This document shows, in pieces, positions 1 through 8,565 of a DNA stretch of 64,000 nt. Made by a program: the position numbers and the translations under genes. Position 1 is the first letter of the stretch. The number at the start of each line of letters is the position of its first letter. This stretch comes from Bacteroidia bacterium (GTDB lineage Bacteria > Bacteroidota > Bacteroidia > AKYH767-A > JBBKVM01). The notes beneath the pieces were generated by a model. The model did not search any database. It was not told the DNA's origin and saw nothing but the letters and a program-made list of their open reading frames with translations. Location of the stretch: positions 4,358 through 68,357 of the forward strand of contig JBBKVM010000078.1 of NCBI GenBank assembly GCA_037968415.1, read 5' to 3'.

Positions 1-99
1 GCGATAGCCAAAGTAGATAAGGATCAACAACAAGATTGTGTGAAATAAAACGGTGGCCAGGATTCCGCTTCGCTGGTCGTTGTTAACTGATATATCCAT
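1..99 (-). CDS. N-terminus of a TonB/TolA-like energy transducer (runs off the window edge; not in ORF track)
   Basis: ATG at 99 gives MDISVNNDQRSGILATVLFHTILLLILIYFGYR..., open to position 1. It has one TM helix with the conserved His and lies 5 nt downstream of exbD, as in exbB-exbD-tonB operons. Confidence 0.65.
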   Translation of the reverse strand, partial: MDISVNNDQRSGILATVLFHTILLLILIYFGYR

Positions 100-104
100 A
101 ATAG

Positions 105-497
105 CTATTCGGGTTTTGTAGCTAAAACGAGCTTGATCTTCATTTTATTGGCTACGTCCATCACTTTTACTGCGTACTCTATAGGTACGCTCTTGTCTAC
201 GTGTAAAACGATGGCGGGTTCCGTTTCGTTGGCCAATTTTTCCTGAAGGATATTTGAGAGGTTGTTGATGTCGATAGGTTCTGTGCCGACAAAATAGTTG
301 AGGTCTGCAGTGATGCTCACAGATACGGTTTGCTTTTCGAGCGTTTTTGCTGAACTGCTGGGCAGTAAAAGTTTCAGCGCGTTGGGACTTACAAGCGTGG
401 AGGTGAGCATAAAAAATATGAGCAGCAGAAACACTATGTCGGTCATTGACGACATACTGAAATTCACACTTATTTTGTTTCTGGTTTTTAGAGCCAT
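105..497 (-). CDS. exbD: Biopolymer transporter ExbD/TolR
   Basis: SMTDIVFLLLIFFM TM motif with conserved Asp; periplasmic domain ending IVLHVDKSVP...VMD...KLVLAT. Confidence 0.92.
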   Translation of the reverse strand: MALKTRNKISVNFSMSSMTDIVFLLLIFFMLTSTLVSPNALKLLLPSSSAKTLEKQTVSVSITADLNYFVGTEPIDINNLSNILQEKLANETEPAIVLHVDKSVPIEYAVKVMDVANKMKIKLVLATKPE

Positions 498-503
498 GTC
501 TTT

Positions 504-1196
504 TTATTTGGCAGGTTCCTGCAGGATGTCTAAAAATTCAATTGAACGGGCTTCCATTTTGTACACCACTTTTTCTACCATGGCAACAAGTATGTTGTAA
601 CCCAGGTATGCAATAATGCCTACTGCCAGGCCGGCCATTGTGGTAACCATCGCTTCATAAATACCTCCTGATAACAAACCCACGTCTATGTTGTTGCCGG
701 CTTTCGACATATTGTAAAATGCTTTGATCATTCCGGTCACAGTACCCAAAAATCCAATCATGGGTGCGGCACCAGCAATGGTAGCCATTGTGGGTAGGTT
801 TTTTTCTAATCTGTAGATTTCGAGTTTGGCCACATTCTCTACGGAGGTAGAAATGTCTTGCATCGATTTGCCAAATCGCGATATACCTTTGTCAATCATT
901 CTGGCTATGGGGCTTTCGGTATTGCGGCACAATGCTTTGGCAGCTTCTATGTTGTTGCTGTGAACAAAGTCACGTATCTGGTTCATAAAATTAATTTCCT
1001 CTCGCGCAGATTTTCTGATGGCCAAGTACCGCTCAATGAAAATATATACAGCCGCAATGGAAAGAATAGCGATAGGAATCATTACCGGCCCGCCTTTCAG
1101 CATTAGGTTGAGGAATGATAATGTTTCTTCGGTAGGCTGCGCTGCTTGCGCTAAGTTATCCTGCGCCAGCGCAGTGTTAACAATCTGTAAGATCAT
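504..1196 (-). CDS. exbB: MotA/TolQ/ExbB proton channel protein
   Basis: TIAGAAPMIGFLGTVTGMI and GIYEAMVTTMAGL motifs; directly upstream of exbD. Confidence 0.92.
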   Translation of the reverse strand: MILQIVNTALAQDNLAQAAQPTEETLSFLNLMLKGGPVMIPIAILSIAAVYIFIERYLAIRKSAREEINFMNQIRDFVHSNNIEAAKALCRNTESPIARMIDKGISRFGKSMQDISTSVENVAKLEIYRLEKNLPTMATIAGAAPMIGFLGTVTGMIKAFYNMSKAGNNIDVGLLSGGIYEAMVTTMAGLAVGIIAYLGYNILVAMVEKVVYKMEARSIEFLDILQEPAK

Positions 1197-1225
1197 GCTT
1201 CAGGAATTAGTAGATTTTAAACAGT

Positions 1226-1233
1226 CAAAAGTA
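1226..1233 (-). promoter_or_regulatory. Bacteroidota -7 promoter element (TACTTTTG) for exbB-exbD-tonB
   Basis: Plus-strand CAAAAGTA is TAnnTTTG on the minus strand, 30 nt upstream of the exbB ATG. Confidence 0.55.
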
Positions 1234-1363
1234 TCAATATATAATGCCCATGACGGTTTTAGTAATTGCCTTTTATGAACAAATCAGTGTTAATTGAAAT
1301 GCACAGCCTTATAACCAACAACAGATGTTGATTATTTTACTCGCCCAAAAATTAAGAAGGAAA

Positions 1364-2641
1364 TTAGTGTTGATAGAAAAATTGTTCCATCATGATGTAG
1401 ACCGCTGCTCCTGCAAAATATCCGATCAACGCGAATACGGTGATCTTTTTCAGGTACCACATGAAGTCAATTTTTTCCATGCCCATCACTGCTACGCCCG
1501 CAGCCGAGCCAATGATGAGTGCACTTCCGCCTGTGCCCGCGCAGTAGGCAAGAAATTCCCAGAATACGTGATCAGTCGGATAATCATACATACCTATTGC
1601 AGCAGCCACAAGCGGCACATTATCCACAATGGCGGAGAGCAACCCAATGCTGATGACAATGGTGTTCATGTCACCGATACTGTTGTCTAGCATCAGTGCC
1701 AGTTTTGCCAATTCTCCTGTTGATTGCAACGCTGAGATTGCCACAAGAATTCCAAGGAAAAACAATACACTGGGGATGTCGACCTTTTTCAGCGCATGAA
1801 TAACAGAGTAACTGGTGCGTTCTTCGTCATTCTTTTTCTTGTGTAGGATTTCAGTTACAACCCAAAGGATGCCCAGGCCAAAAAGCATACCCATAAAAGG
1901 AGGCAGGTGGGTGACTGTTTTGAATATTGGAACAAAGATCAATGCACCAACACCTGTGCCGAACACCATATTGCGTTCAAAAGAGGTGGTAGGTTCAAGA
2001 TTACTGGCTACTTCTTCGTCAGGACGGGAAAAAGTTCCGCGCAGTTTGAATGATAAAAATATCAATGGCACCACCATGCAAACCAAACTGGGTAAAAACA
2101 ACATCTCGATGATGTTGACAGTTGTGATTTTGTTTTGTATCCAAAGCATAGTGGTTGTTACGTCACCTATCGGTGACCAGGCGCCACCCGCATTGGCCGC
2201 TATCACAACAATACCAGCGTAAAGCAATCGCCCCTTGGTTGATTTAATAAGTTTGCGCAACAGAGAAACCATTACAATGGAAGTGGTGAGGTTATCGAGT
2301 ATGGCCGAAAAGAAAAAAGTAAGACCACCTATAATCCACAGCAGTTTGCGCTTGTCGGTCGTTTTAATTCTTTTGGTAATTACTTCAAAACCGTCATGCA
2401 TATCCACCAATTCTACAATAGTCATGGCTCCGAGTAGAAAAAACAAGATCCCTGAAATGTCACCGAGGTGTTCTACCAATTGATGTGTTACTTCCTCTGC
2501 ATCGTGCGCTGCCAAAATGTAAATCGTCCAACAAAGAACTCCGGTGAGAAGCGCGCTGGCCGCTTTGTTTATCTGAATGGTATGTTCAAATGCTATGGCA
2601 GCATAACCAATAATAAAAACGGCAGCTATAAGTAATTCCAT
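1364..2641 (-). CDS. nhaD: Na+/H+ antiporter, NhaD family
   Basis: Highly hydrophobic 425 aa; LDNLTT, AANAGGAWSPIGDVTT, SAIVDNVP and GGSALIIGSAAG motifs. Confidence 0.9.
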   Translation of the reverse strand: MELLIAAVFIIGYAAIAFEHTIQINKAASALLTGVLCWTIYILAAHDAEEVTHQLVEHLGDISGILFFLLGAMTIVELVDMHDGFEVITKRIKTTDKRKLLWIIGGLTFFFSAILDNLTTSIVMVSLLRKLIKSTKGRLLYAGIVVIAANAGGAWSPIGDVTTTMLWIQNKITTVNIIEMLFLPSLVCMVVPLIFLSFKLRGTFSRPDEEVASNLEPTTSFERNMVFGTGVGALIFVPIFKTVTHLPPFMGMLFGLGILWVVTEILHKKKNDEERTSYSVIHALKKVDIPSVLFFLGILVAISALQSTGELAKLALMLDNSIGDMNTIVISIGLLSAIVDNVPLVAAAIGMYDYPTDHVFWEFLAYCAGTGGSALIIGSAAGVAVMGMEKIDFMWYLKKITVFALIGYFAGAAVYIMMEQFFYQH

Positions 2642-2683
2642 GTTAGGTACTTGTATAAATTTTAGGCGCGCAAAGGTTAATTT

Positions 2684-3784
2684 TTAATTTGTTTTTTCCA
2701 AATACACTGAATGGGTAGGAAAAGCAAAGCTGCTGCCATGCTTACTCACTATTTCCATAATCCTGAAATTGATATTTTCTCGCACAGCAATGTATACGTC
2801 CCAATCCATAGTGTTCACAAAATACTGCACCATAATGTCGAGCGAACTGGCACCAAATTCCATAAACCGCACCTTGCCTTCCTGATTGGTTTGTGGATGC
2901 TCATCAATGTAGTTTTGTATATCAGCAACGATGGCCCGAATTTGTTTTTCGGATGTGTTGTAAGTAATGCCAATGTTGAAACGTCCGCGTCTAAACGTGC
3001 GTAGGGAAAGATTATCGAGCTCGGTATCGATCATCTTCTTGTTAGGAATGGTTACAAATGTTTTGTCGAGTGTGCGAATGCGCGTGCTTCGGAAGCCAAT
3101 AACTTCTACTGTGCCCACCACTGTGCCCACCTGCACCATGTCGCCAACCGTAAATGGTTTGTCTAAAAAGATGGTAAAAGACCCAAGTAAATTCTCGAGC
3201 GACTCTTTGGCGGCAAGCGCAAGGGCCAACCCGCCTATGCCTAGCCCGGCCACCAGCGAGGCCACATTCAACTTAAAAACGGTGCCCGCGATAAAAAAGA
3301 AACTAAAAATAATTATTATCACTTTGAGGGCATCGCGTAAAAAAGGAACTAATTGGTCATCTGATTTGGTATCGGTGAGCGAGGCGCGATAAGCAAGCAT
3401 GAGCGTAAAAAAATCCACTATACGCATGAGAATCCAAGTAAGCGAGCCAAGTAGCAGTATAAAATAACTTCGCTCGAAAATCATTTTTATTCCAAACTCT
3501 TCTTTGGCAACAAGCTCCCAATGGGAGGGGGATTCTACCTGATCGAATGCAATGTATAATGAGAGCAATAAAATAAAAACACCCAGCGGTCGCTTGAGCA
3601 ACCGTTCAAAATCTTCCCCGCTTACGCCAATCGAATATTTCTTAAACAACTTGAAAAGTAAGCGCGAAAGTAGCTTGCCCACAAAAGCCTGAAAAAGCAG
3701 ACCTGCCAACAATATGATTACAAAGCGCGCCAGATCGTGAATTGGTATCCCAAGTATTTGATGACCAAAGAATTCTTCCAGCAT
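2684..3784 (-). CDS. mscS: Mechanosensitive ion channel, MscS family
   Basis: GLGIGGLALALAAKESLENL, KPFTVGD, GTVEVIGFRSTRIRT and IPN motifs. Confidence 0.9.
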   Translation of the reverse strand: MLEEFFGHQILGIPIHDLARFVIILLAGLLFQAFVGKLLSRLLFKLFKKYSIGVSGEDFERLLKRPLGVFILLLSLYIAFDQVESPSHWELVAKEEFGIKMIFERSYFILLLGSLTWILMRIVDFFTLMLAYRASLTDTKSDDQLVPFLRDALKVIIIIFSFFFIAGTVFKLNVASLVAGLGIGGLALALAAKESLENLLGSFTIFLDKPFTVGDMVQVGTVVGTVEVIGFRSTRIRTLDKTFVTIPNKKMIDTELDNLSLRTFRRGRFNIGITYNTSEKQIRAIVADIQNYIDEHPQTNQEGKVRFMEFGASSLDIMVQYFVNTMDWDVYIAVRENINFRIMEIVSKHGSSFAFPTHSVYLEKTN

Positions 3785-3788
3785 TGTA

Positions 3789-5015
3789 TTAAATAAGTTT
3801 ATTCAACGCTATTTCAAATGCATTCTTTGAAATATTGGTTGTTGATTTATTACTAGCGTGCACTTGTTTCAGCGCATTGCCTATAGTCGCTGAACAATCA
3901 CTAAAGATCGCATCACTCGATACTTCCACTCCTTCCGTCATTAAAAATGCAAACACCCTAGCCATGCCACAATTAGAAATAAAATCGGGGATTACGCTCA
4001 AGCGGCTGTCGGCAAATTCGCTGATGGGACCAAAAAATATCTGGTTGTCAGCAAAAGGCACGTTAGCACCGCATGATATCACTTGCATGCCAGCGGCAAT
4101 CATCATTTCTACTTGTTGCTGGGTAATCAGTCGCGATGCGGCAGCAGGAATAAACACTTCTGCAGGTACGCTCCAAATCCTTTCATTCATTTCTGAAGAT
4201 GATAGAATATTGTCGGCATGGAGCATGTTGCCTTTGCGATCGAGAACCAGTTTGCGCACTTCGTCCAAGGTGAAACCATTTTCATTTAGTAGCCCGCCAT
4301 GGCGATCGATGATACCCACAATTTTAGCACCCTGCTGACTGAGGTAATAACCGGCAGCTGCACCCACATTGCCCCATCCCTGCACAATCACACGCTTGTC
4401 TTTTACATCGCCACCATAAATTTTATAAAAGTGCTTCACCGATTCGGCCACGCCATAACCGGTAATAAGATCTGCAACTTTATACTTTGATTTTAAATCG
4501 GGAGTGTATTCGGGATTTTCCACGATATGAGTGACCCCTACACGCAGTTGGCCCATCAACTTTATTTTATCAGCCCCATTGGGCTTCAGGTGGCCTTTTA
4601 CAACACCTTCCTGAGGATGCAGTAGTCCATATGATTCCGTAATTGGAATTACTTCCAAAACCTCGTCTACATTCAAATCGCCTCCAGTGCCATAGTATGT
4701 TTTTAAGATTGGCATAAGCGCTTTGTACCAGCGATGCAGCACCCCATCCTTGCGATTGTCGTTCGGGTCGAAATTGATACCCGATTTGGCTCCACCAATA
4801 GGAGGTCCCGACACAGTAAATTTCACTTCCATGGTTTTGGCGAGCGATTCTACCTCGTGCCTGTCGAGCCCTACGCGCATGCGAGTGCCGCCACCTGCCG
4901 CACCACCGCGCAACGAGTTTATCACCATCCAGCCTTCAGCTTCAGTTTCGGAATCTTTCCATTCAAAAACTATTTCGGGCTTCTTTTCTTCGAATCTCTT
5001 TAGCAGGTCTTTCAT
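3789..5015 (-). CDS. Glu/Leu/Phe/Val dehydrogenase family protein
   Basis: GGGTRM, GGAKSGI, TGYGV, VQGWGNVG (NAD-binding) and GAN motifs. Confidence 0.85.
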   Translation of the reverse strand: MKDLLKRFEEKKPEIVFEWKDSETEAEGWMVINSLRGGAAGGGTRMRVGLDRHEVESLAKTMEVKFTVSGPPIGGAKSGINFDPNDNRKDGVLHRWYKALMPILKTYYGTGGDLNVDEVLEVIPITESYGLLHPQEGVVKGHLKPNGADKIKLMGQLRVGVTHIVENPEYTPDLKSKYKVADLITGYGVAESVKHFYKIYGGDVKDKRVIVQGWGNVGAAAGYYLSQQGAKIVGIIDRHGGLLNENGFTLDEVRKLVLDRKGNMLHADNILSSSEMNERIWSVPAEVFIPAAASRLITQQQVEMMIAAGMQVISCGANVPFADNQIFFGPISEFADSRLSVIPDFISNCGMARVFAFLMTEGVEVSSDAIFSDCSATIGNALKQVHASNKSTTNISKNAFEIALNKLI

Positions 5016-5034
5016 CCATTTACTATTAAGTTGT

Positions 5035-5063
5035 CAAAAGTAATCAAATGATATACTTCGCAA
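5035..5063 (-). promoter_or_regulatory. Bacteroidota promoter for the dehydrogenase-mscS unit
   Basis: CAAAAGTA at 5035-5042 (TACTTTTG on minus) with TTG (plus CAA 5061-5063) 18 nt upstream. Confidence 0.55.
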
Positions 5064-5111
5064 TGACTCGGCACTTTTTCGCTTTGAAAATAAAAAAAAT
5101 AAAAAGTTGAA

Positions 5112-5119
5112 TATTTTTG
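5112..5119 (+). promoter_or_regulatory. -7 promoter element (TATTTTTG) upstream of the 66-aa acidic/basic protein
   Basis: Exact TAnnTTTG, followed by an A-rich leader before ATG 5184. Confidence 0.45.
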
Positions 5120-5183
5120 CAATCCTTATCATTACGAATTATTATTGCATCACAATTAGAAAACCAAATAACATTAGTAACCA

Positions 5184-5384
5184 ATGAAAACATCAAAAAG
5201 CACTTCCACTGATGGCGCAAAATCCAATGGGAAGAAAACTGCTGCCAAGTCTACTAAATCTGCCAAAAGTCCAAAGCCGAAAAGCAAAAAAATGGATGAT
5301 GACGATGATGACTTGGACATGGCACTCGATGATGATTTTGCCGATTTCAACGATTTTGATGATGATGATGACGATGATTTTTAG
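5184..5384 (+). CDS. Small intrinsically disordered protein with Lys-rich N-half and Asp-rich C-half
   Basis: 66 aa: 12 Lys in residues 1-36 and 19 Asp in residues 37-66. It fills the intergenic gap between opposite-strand genes and has an A-rich leader and a promoter element. Confidence 0.75.
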   Translation: MKTSKSTSTDGAKSNGKKTAAKSTKSAKSPKPKSKKMDDDDDDLDMALDDDFADFNDFDDDDDDDF

Positions 5385-5410
5385 TAATTAATTACTGCTT
5401 CGGCATTTCA

Positions 5411-6496
5411 TCAATTAAAGTAAGTTCCACCGGAAGAGTCTCTTGAGGCACCGGTAACCGAGCGTAATGCATTTGGTTCGTTTCGGTTTCTTAATACCCC
5501 CAGGAAGGCAAAAATCAAAGCTTCTTTGAACTCTATTGTGTGTTTATTGGGTATCTCAATATTGCTTTGCACACTTTTTATTATTGTGTTTACCAAAAAA
5601 CTATTGTAAGCTCCTCCTCCTGTGAGTAATATTTTTTTTTCTTTGCTGGCTAACTCAGTGCTTTTGAGAACTGCTCCAATTTGAGTTACGATATGCGAGC
5701 AAAAGGTAGCTGACAAATCTTCTGGCGACAAAGCAGCTTTTTCAACCAAAGAATTTACAAAGGACTCAATCCACTCGCGACCCATCGACTTGGGACCTTG
5801 CTGTTGGTAGTACTCAATTGAATTTAACTTGGTCAGCAAATCATCATTCACTTTTCCGCACGCGGCCATGGCGCCCCCATCGTCATAAGGCAGCCCTTTT
5901 TTGTGGGCAGCCGCATTTAGCACCAAGTTGCATGGGCATATGTCGCATGCAACCCGTTCCCCACGCCATTCATAGGATATATTGGCAATGCCACCCAGGT
6001 TTATGCAAGCATCATATTCATTGAATAACAGTTTGTCACCAATGGGCACCAATGGGGCACCTTGCCCGCCCAACGCCACATCCAGTGACCTGAAATCGGC
6101 ATATACCGGTACCCCGCAAGCTGCTGCAATGGCGGCCCCATGGCCGAGTTGAAAAGTAAAGCCCATATCTGGTTGATGAAAAATGGTGTGCCCGTGGCTC
6201 GATACAAAATCAACTTTTTCAATTTGTTGTTGAGAAATAAAATCTTTGACCAATAAACCGGTGTATTTACCATAATCAAAATGAAGTCGTGTAAGTGCCT
6301 GAGCGGAGGCGCCATGTGCGCTGGTAAGTTTCTGAGCCCATTCGGAAGGGTAGGGCCGGGTGTTGGCTGCCAGTATTTTGTAGGTCCATGAGGTGCCATC
6401 AAAATTAAACCGACAATAGGCCATGTCGAGGCCATCGAGCGAGGTACCCGACATGGTGCCAATAACAAAAAAGGAAGTAGCTGTGGACGGTGGCAA
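5411..6496 (-). CDS. anmK: Anhydro-N-acetylmuramic acid kinase
   Basis: GTMSGTSLDG, SHGHTIFHQP, DFRSLDVALGGQGAPLVP, NLGGIAN and KEALIFAFLG motifs; TTG start uncertain. Confidence 0.92.
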   Translation of the reverse strand: MPPSTATSFFVIGTMSGTSLDGLDMAYCRFNFDGTSWTYKILAANTRPYPSEWAQKLTSAHGASAQALTRLHFDYGKYTGLLVKDFISQQQIEKVDFVSSHGHTIFHQPDMGFTFQLGHGAAIAAACGVPVYADFRSLDVALGGQGAPLVPIGDKLLFNEYDACINLGGIANISYEWRGERVACDICPCNLVLNAAAHKKGLPYDDGGAMAACGKVNDDLLTKLNSIEYYQQQGPKSMGREWIESFVNSLVEKAALSPEDLSATFCSHIVTQIGAVLKSTELASKEKKILLTGGGAYNSFLVNTIIKSVQSNIEIPNKHTIEFKEALIFAFLGVLRNRNEPNALRSVTGASRDSSGGTYFN

Positions 6497-6604
6497 AGGG
6501 CTTGAGATTCTTTATATTAATTAGTAAAATAGGGTTGAAAAATATACTTTTGTCACCTCATATAAAAATATGGTGTCACTGGCACCCTAAGCCCACAAAA
6601 AGCT

Positions 6605-7744
6605 ATGAATTTTGAATTGAACGAAGAACACCTGATGATTCAGAAGGCGGCCCGCGACTTTGCCCAAAACGAATTGCTCCCAGGTGTAATAGAGCGCGAT
6701 GAACACCAGAAGTTTCCAACTCGCGAGATAAAGATGATGGGTGAGCTAGGATTTTTGGGAATGATGGTAGATCCTAAGTATGGCGGAGGCGGCATGGATA
6801 CCATTTCATATGTACTGGCCATGGAGGAAATATCAAAAGTAGATGCTTCTGCTTCTGTGGTGATGTCGGTTAACAATTCATTAGTGTGCTGGGGCCTTGA
6901 GACATTTGGCAACGAAGAACAAAAGCAAAAATACCTGATGCCATTGGCCAATGGAGAACAGATAGGTGCCTTTTGCTTGTCAGAGCCCGAAGCCGGATCT
7001 GATGCCACCTCACAGCGTACTACTGCGGTGGATATGGGCGACCATTACTTAGTGAACGGTACCAAAAACTGGATTACCAATGGTAACAATGCTTCGGTTT
7101 ATCTGGTAATAGCGCAAACAGATGTGGATAAGAAACACCGTGGCATCAACGCTTTGATTTTGGAAAAAGGAATGCCCGGATTTACGGTTGGACCTAAAGA
7201 AAATAAGCTTGGCATAAGAGGTTCTGACACCCATTCTTTGATGTTTACAGATGTGAAAGTCCCTAAGGCCAATCGTATAGGCGATGACGGTTTTGGTTTC
7301 ACGTTCGCCATGAAAACATTGGGCGGAGGGCGCATAGGCATTGCTTCTCAGGCATTAGGCATAGCGTCAGGCGCATTCGAGTTAGCGCTGGCCTATTCAA
7401 AGCAACGCAAGGCATTTGGAACCGAGATATGCAATCATCAAGCAATACAATTTAAGCTTGCGGATATGGCTACACAAATTGAAGCAGCGCGGATGCTTTG
7501 TTTGAAAGCAGCATGGCTTAAGGACCAAAAACAAGATTATACATTGGCAGGCTCTATGGCTAAGTTATACGCTTCTACCATTGCCATGGACATAGCAGTA
7601 GAGGCAGTGCAAGTGCATGGTGGATATGGATTTGTAAAAGAATTTCATGTTGAGCGCCTGATGCGCGATGCGAAAATCACTCAGATATACGAAGGCACCA
7701 GCGAAATACAAAGAATCGTTATCGCACGCAGCATACTGAAGTAG
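6605..7744 (+). CDS. Acyl-CoA dehydrogenase (short/branched-chain type)
   Basis: FCLSEPEAGSDA, NGTKNWITNG, KLGIRGS, GRIGIASQALG, QVHGGYG and IYEGTSEIQ motifs. Confidence 0.92.
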   Translation: MNFELNEEHLMIQKAARDFAQNELLPGVIERDEHQKFPTREIKMMGELGFLGMMVDPKYGGGGMDTISYVLAMEEISKVDASASVVMSVNNSLVCWGLETFGNEEQKQKYLMPLANGEQIGAFCLSEPEAGSDATSQRTTAVDMGDHYLVNGTKNWITNGNNASVYLVIAQTDVDKKHRGINALILEKGMPGFTVGPKENKLGIRGSDTHSLMFTDVKVPKANRIGDDGFGFTFAMKTLGGGRIGIASQALGIASGAFELALAYSKQRKAFGTEICNHQAIQFKLADMATQIEAARMLCLKAAWLKDQKQDYTLAGSMAKLYASTIAMDIAVEAVQVHGGYGFVKEFHVERLMRDAKITQIYEGTSEIQRIVIARSILK

Positions 7745-7797
7745 TCGTTTATCGTATTCAATCATTTATTTTTTTAGTTGTGGGAATGACAAATTCA

Positions 7798-8562
7798 ATG
7801 AAAAAACTGTGGACTTTGTGCGTATTGATAACGCTGGTTTCAGCTTGTGTACCTCACAAAAAGCTAGTTTATTTTCAAGGTGATTTGCCGTCTACTGTGT
7901 ATTCAGCTGGTGTGGATACTTTCCAGTTAAGGTTGCAGCCGGCAGATATCATTTCCATTTATGTGCTTACTTCAAACACCGAAGCTTTTCCCTATTTCAG
8001 CCCTTCGGGCGAGGGTAGGTTAGGAAGCGATTCAAAGTCGCCTTACGAACGATCTTATGTAATTGATGCGGATGGTAATGTTGAGTTGTTAATTGTAGGA
8101 AAGGTGAATTTTGCAGGTCTAACTATCAATGCGGCTCAGGCGAAACTTGCGCAGTTGGTAAAAGCTTATGTTACTGATCCGGTGGTGGTGATAAAGAAAC
8201 TTGACTTTAAAGTTACAGTGTTGGGAGAAGTGGTGCGCCCCGGAACTTTTAATGTGAATGACGAAAAAATCAGATTTACTGAGGCCATTGCGTTGGCTGG
8301 TGGATTGTCGGGCATGGCAAATCCCCGGAAAGTGAAGATAGTCCGAATCAACCAAAAAGAGCAAAAAACCTATGCTATCAACCTGAATACAACTGATGCT
8401 TTTTTGCCGGAGAATTTTTACCTTCAACCTAACGATTTAATTTATGTGGAGCCATTGAAGCGGAAATCACTTACAAGTGTCAATCCTGAAATCACTACCA
8501 TCGCTTCAATATTATCCACCACTATCCTCGTTATTACTGTGCTTACCCGCATATCATTTTAA
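7798..8562 (+). CDS. wza: Polysaccharide export lipoprotein, Wza/Poly_export family
   Basis: Lipobox LVSAC after MKK (start placed at ATG 7798; track start 7780). LQPADII, YVIDADGNV, VTVLGEV, EAIALAGG and FYLQPNDLIYV motifs. Confidence 0.85.
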   Translation: MKKLWTLCVLITLVSACVPHKKLVYFQGDLPSTVYSAGVDTFQLRLQPADIISIYVLTSNTEAFPYFSPSGEGRLGSDSKSPYERSYVIDADGNVELLIVGKVNFAGLTINAAQAKLAQLVKAYVTDPVVVIKKLDFKVTVLGEVVRPGTFNVNDEKIRFTEAIALAGGLSGMANPRKVKIVRINQKEQKTYAINLNTTDAFLPENFYLQPNDLIYVEPLKRKSLTSVNPEITTIASILSTTILVITVLTRISF

Positions 8563-8565
8563 CCA

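Noticed and set aside
5293-5381. GAT/GAC trinucleotide runs as a contingency locus
   Set aside because: They are in-frame Asp codons mixed with GAC; any slippage would keep the frame. Treated as part of the small acidic protein.
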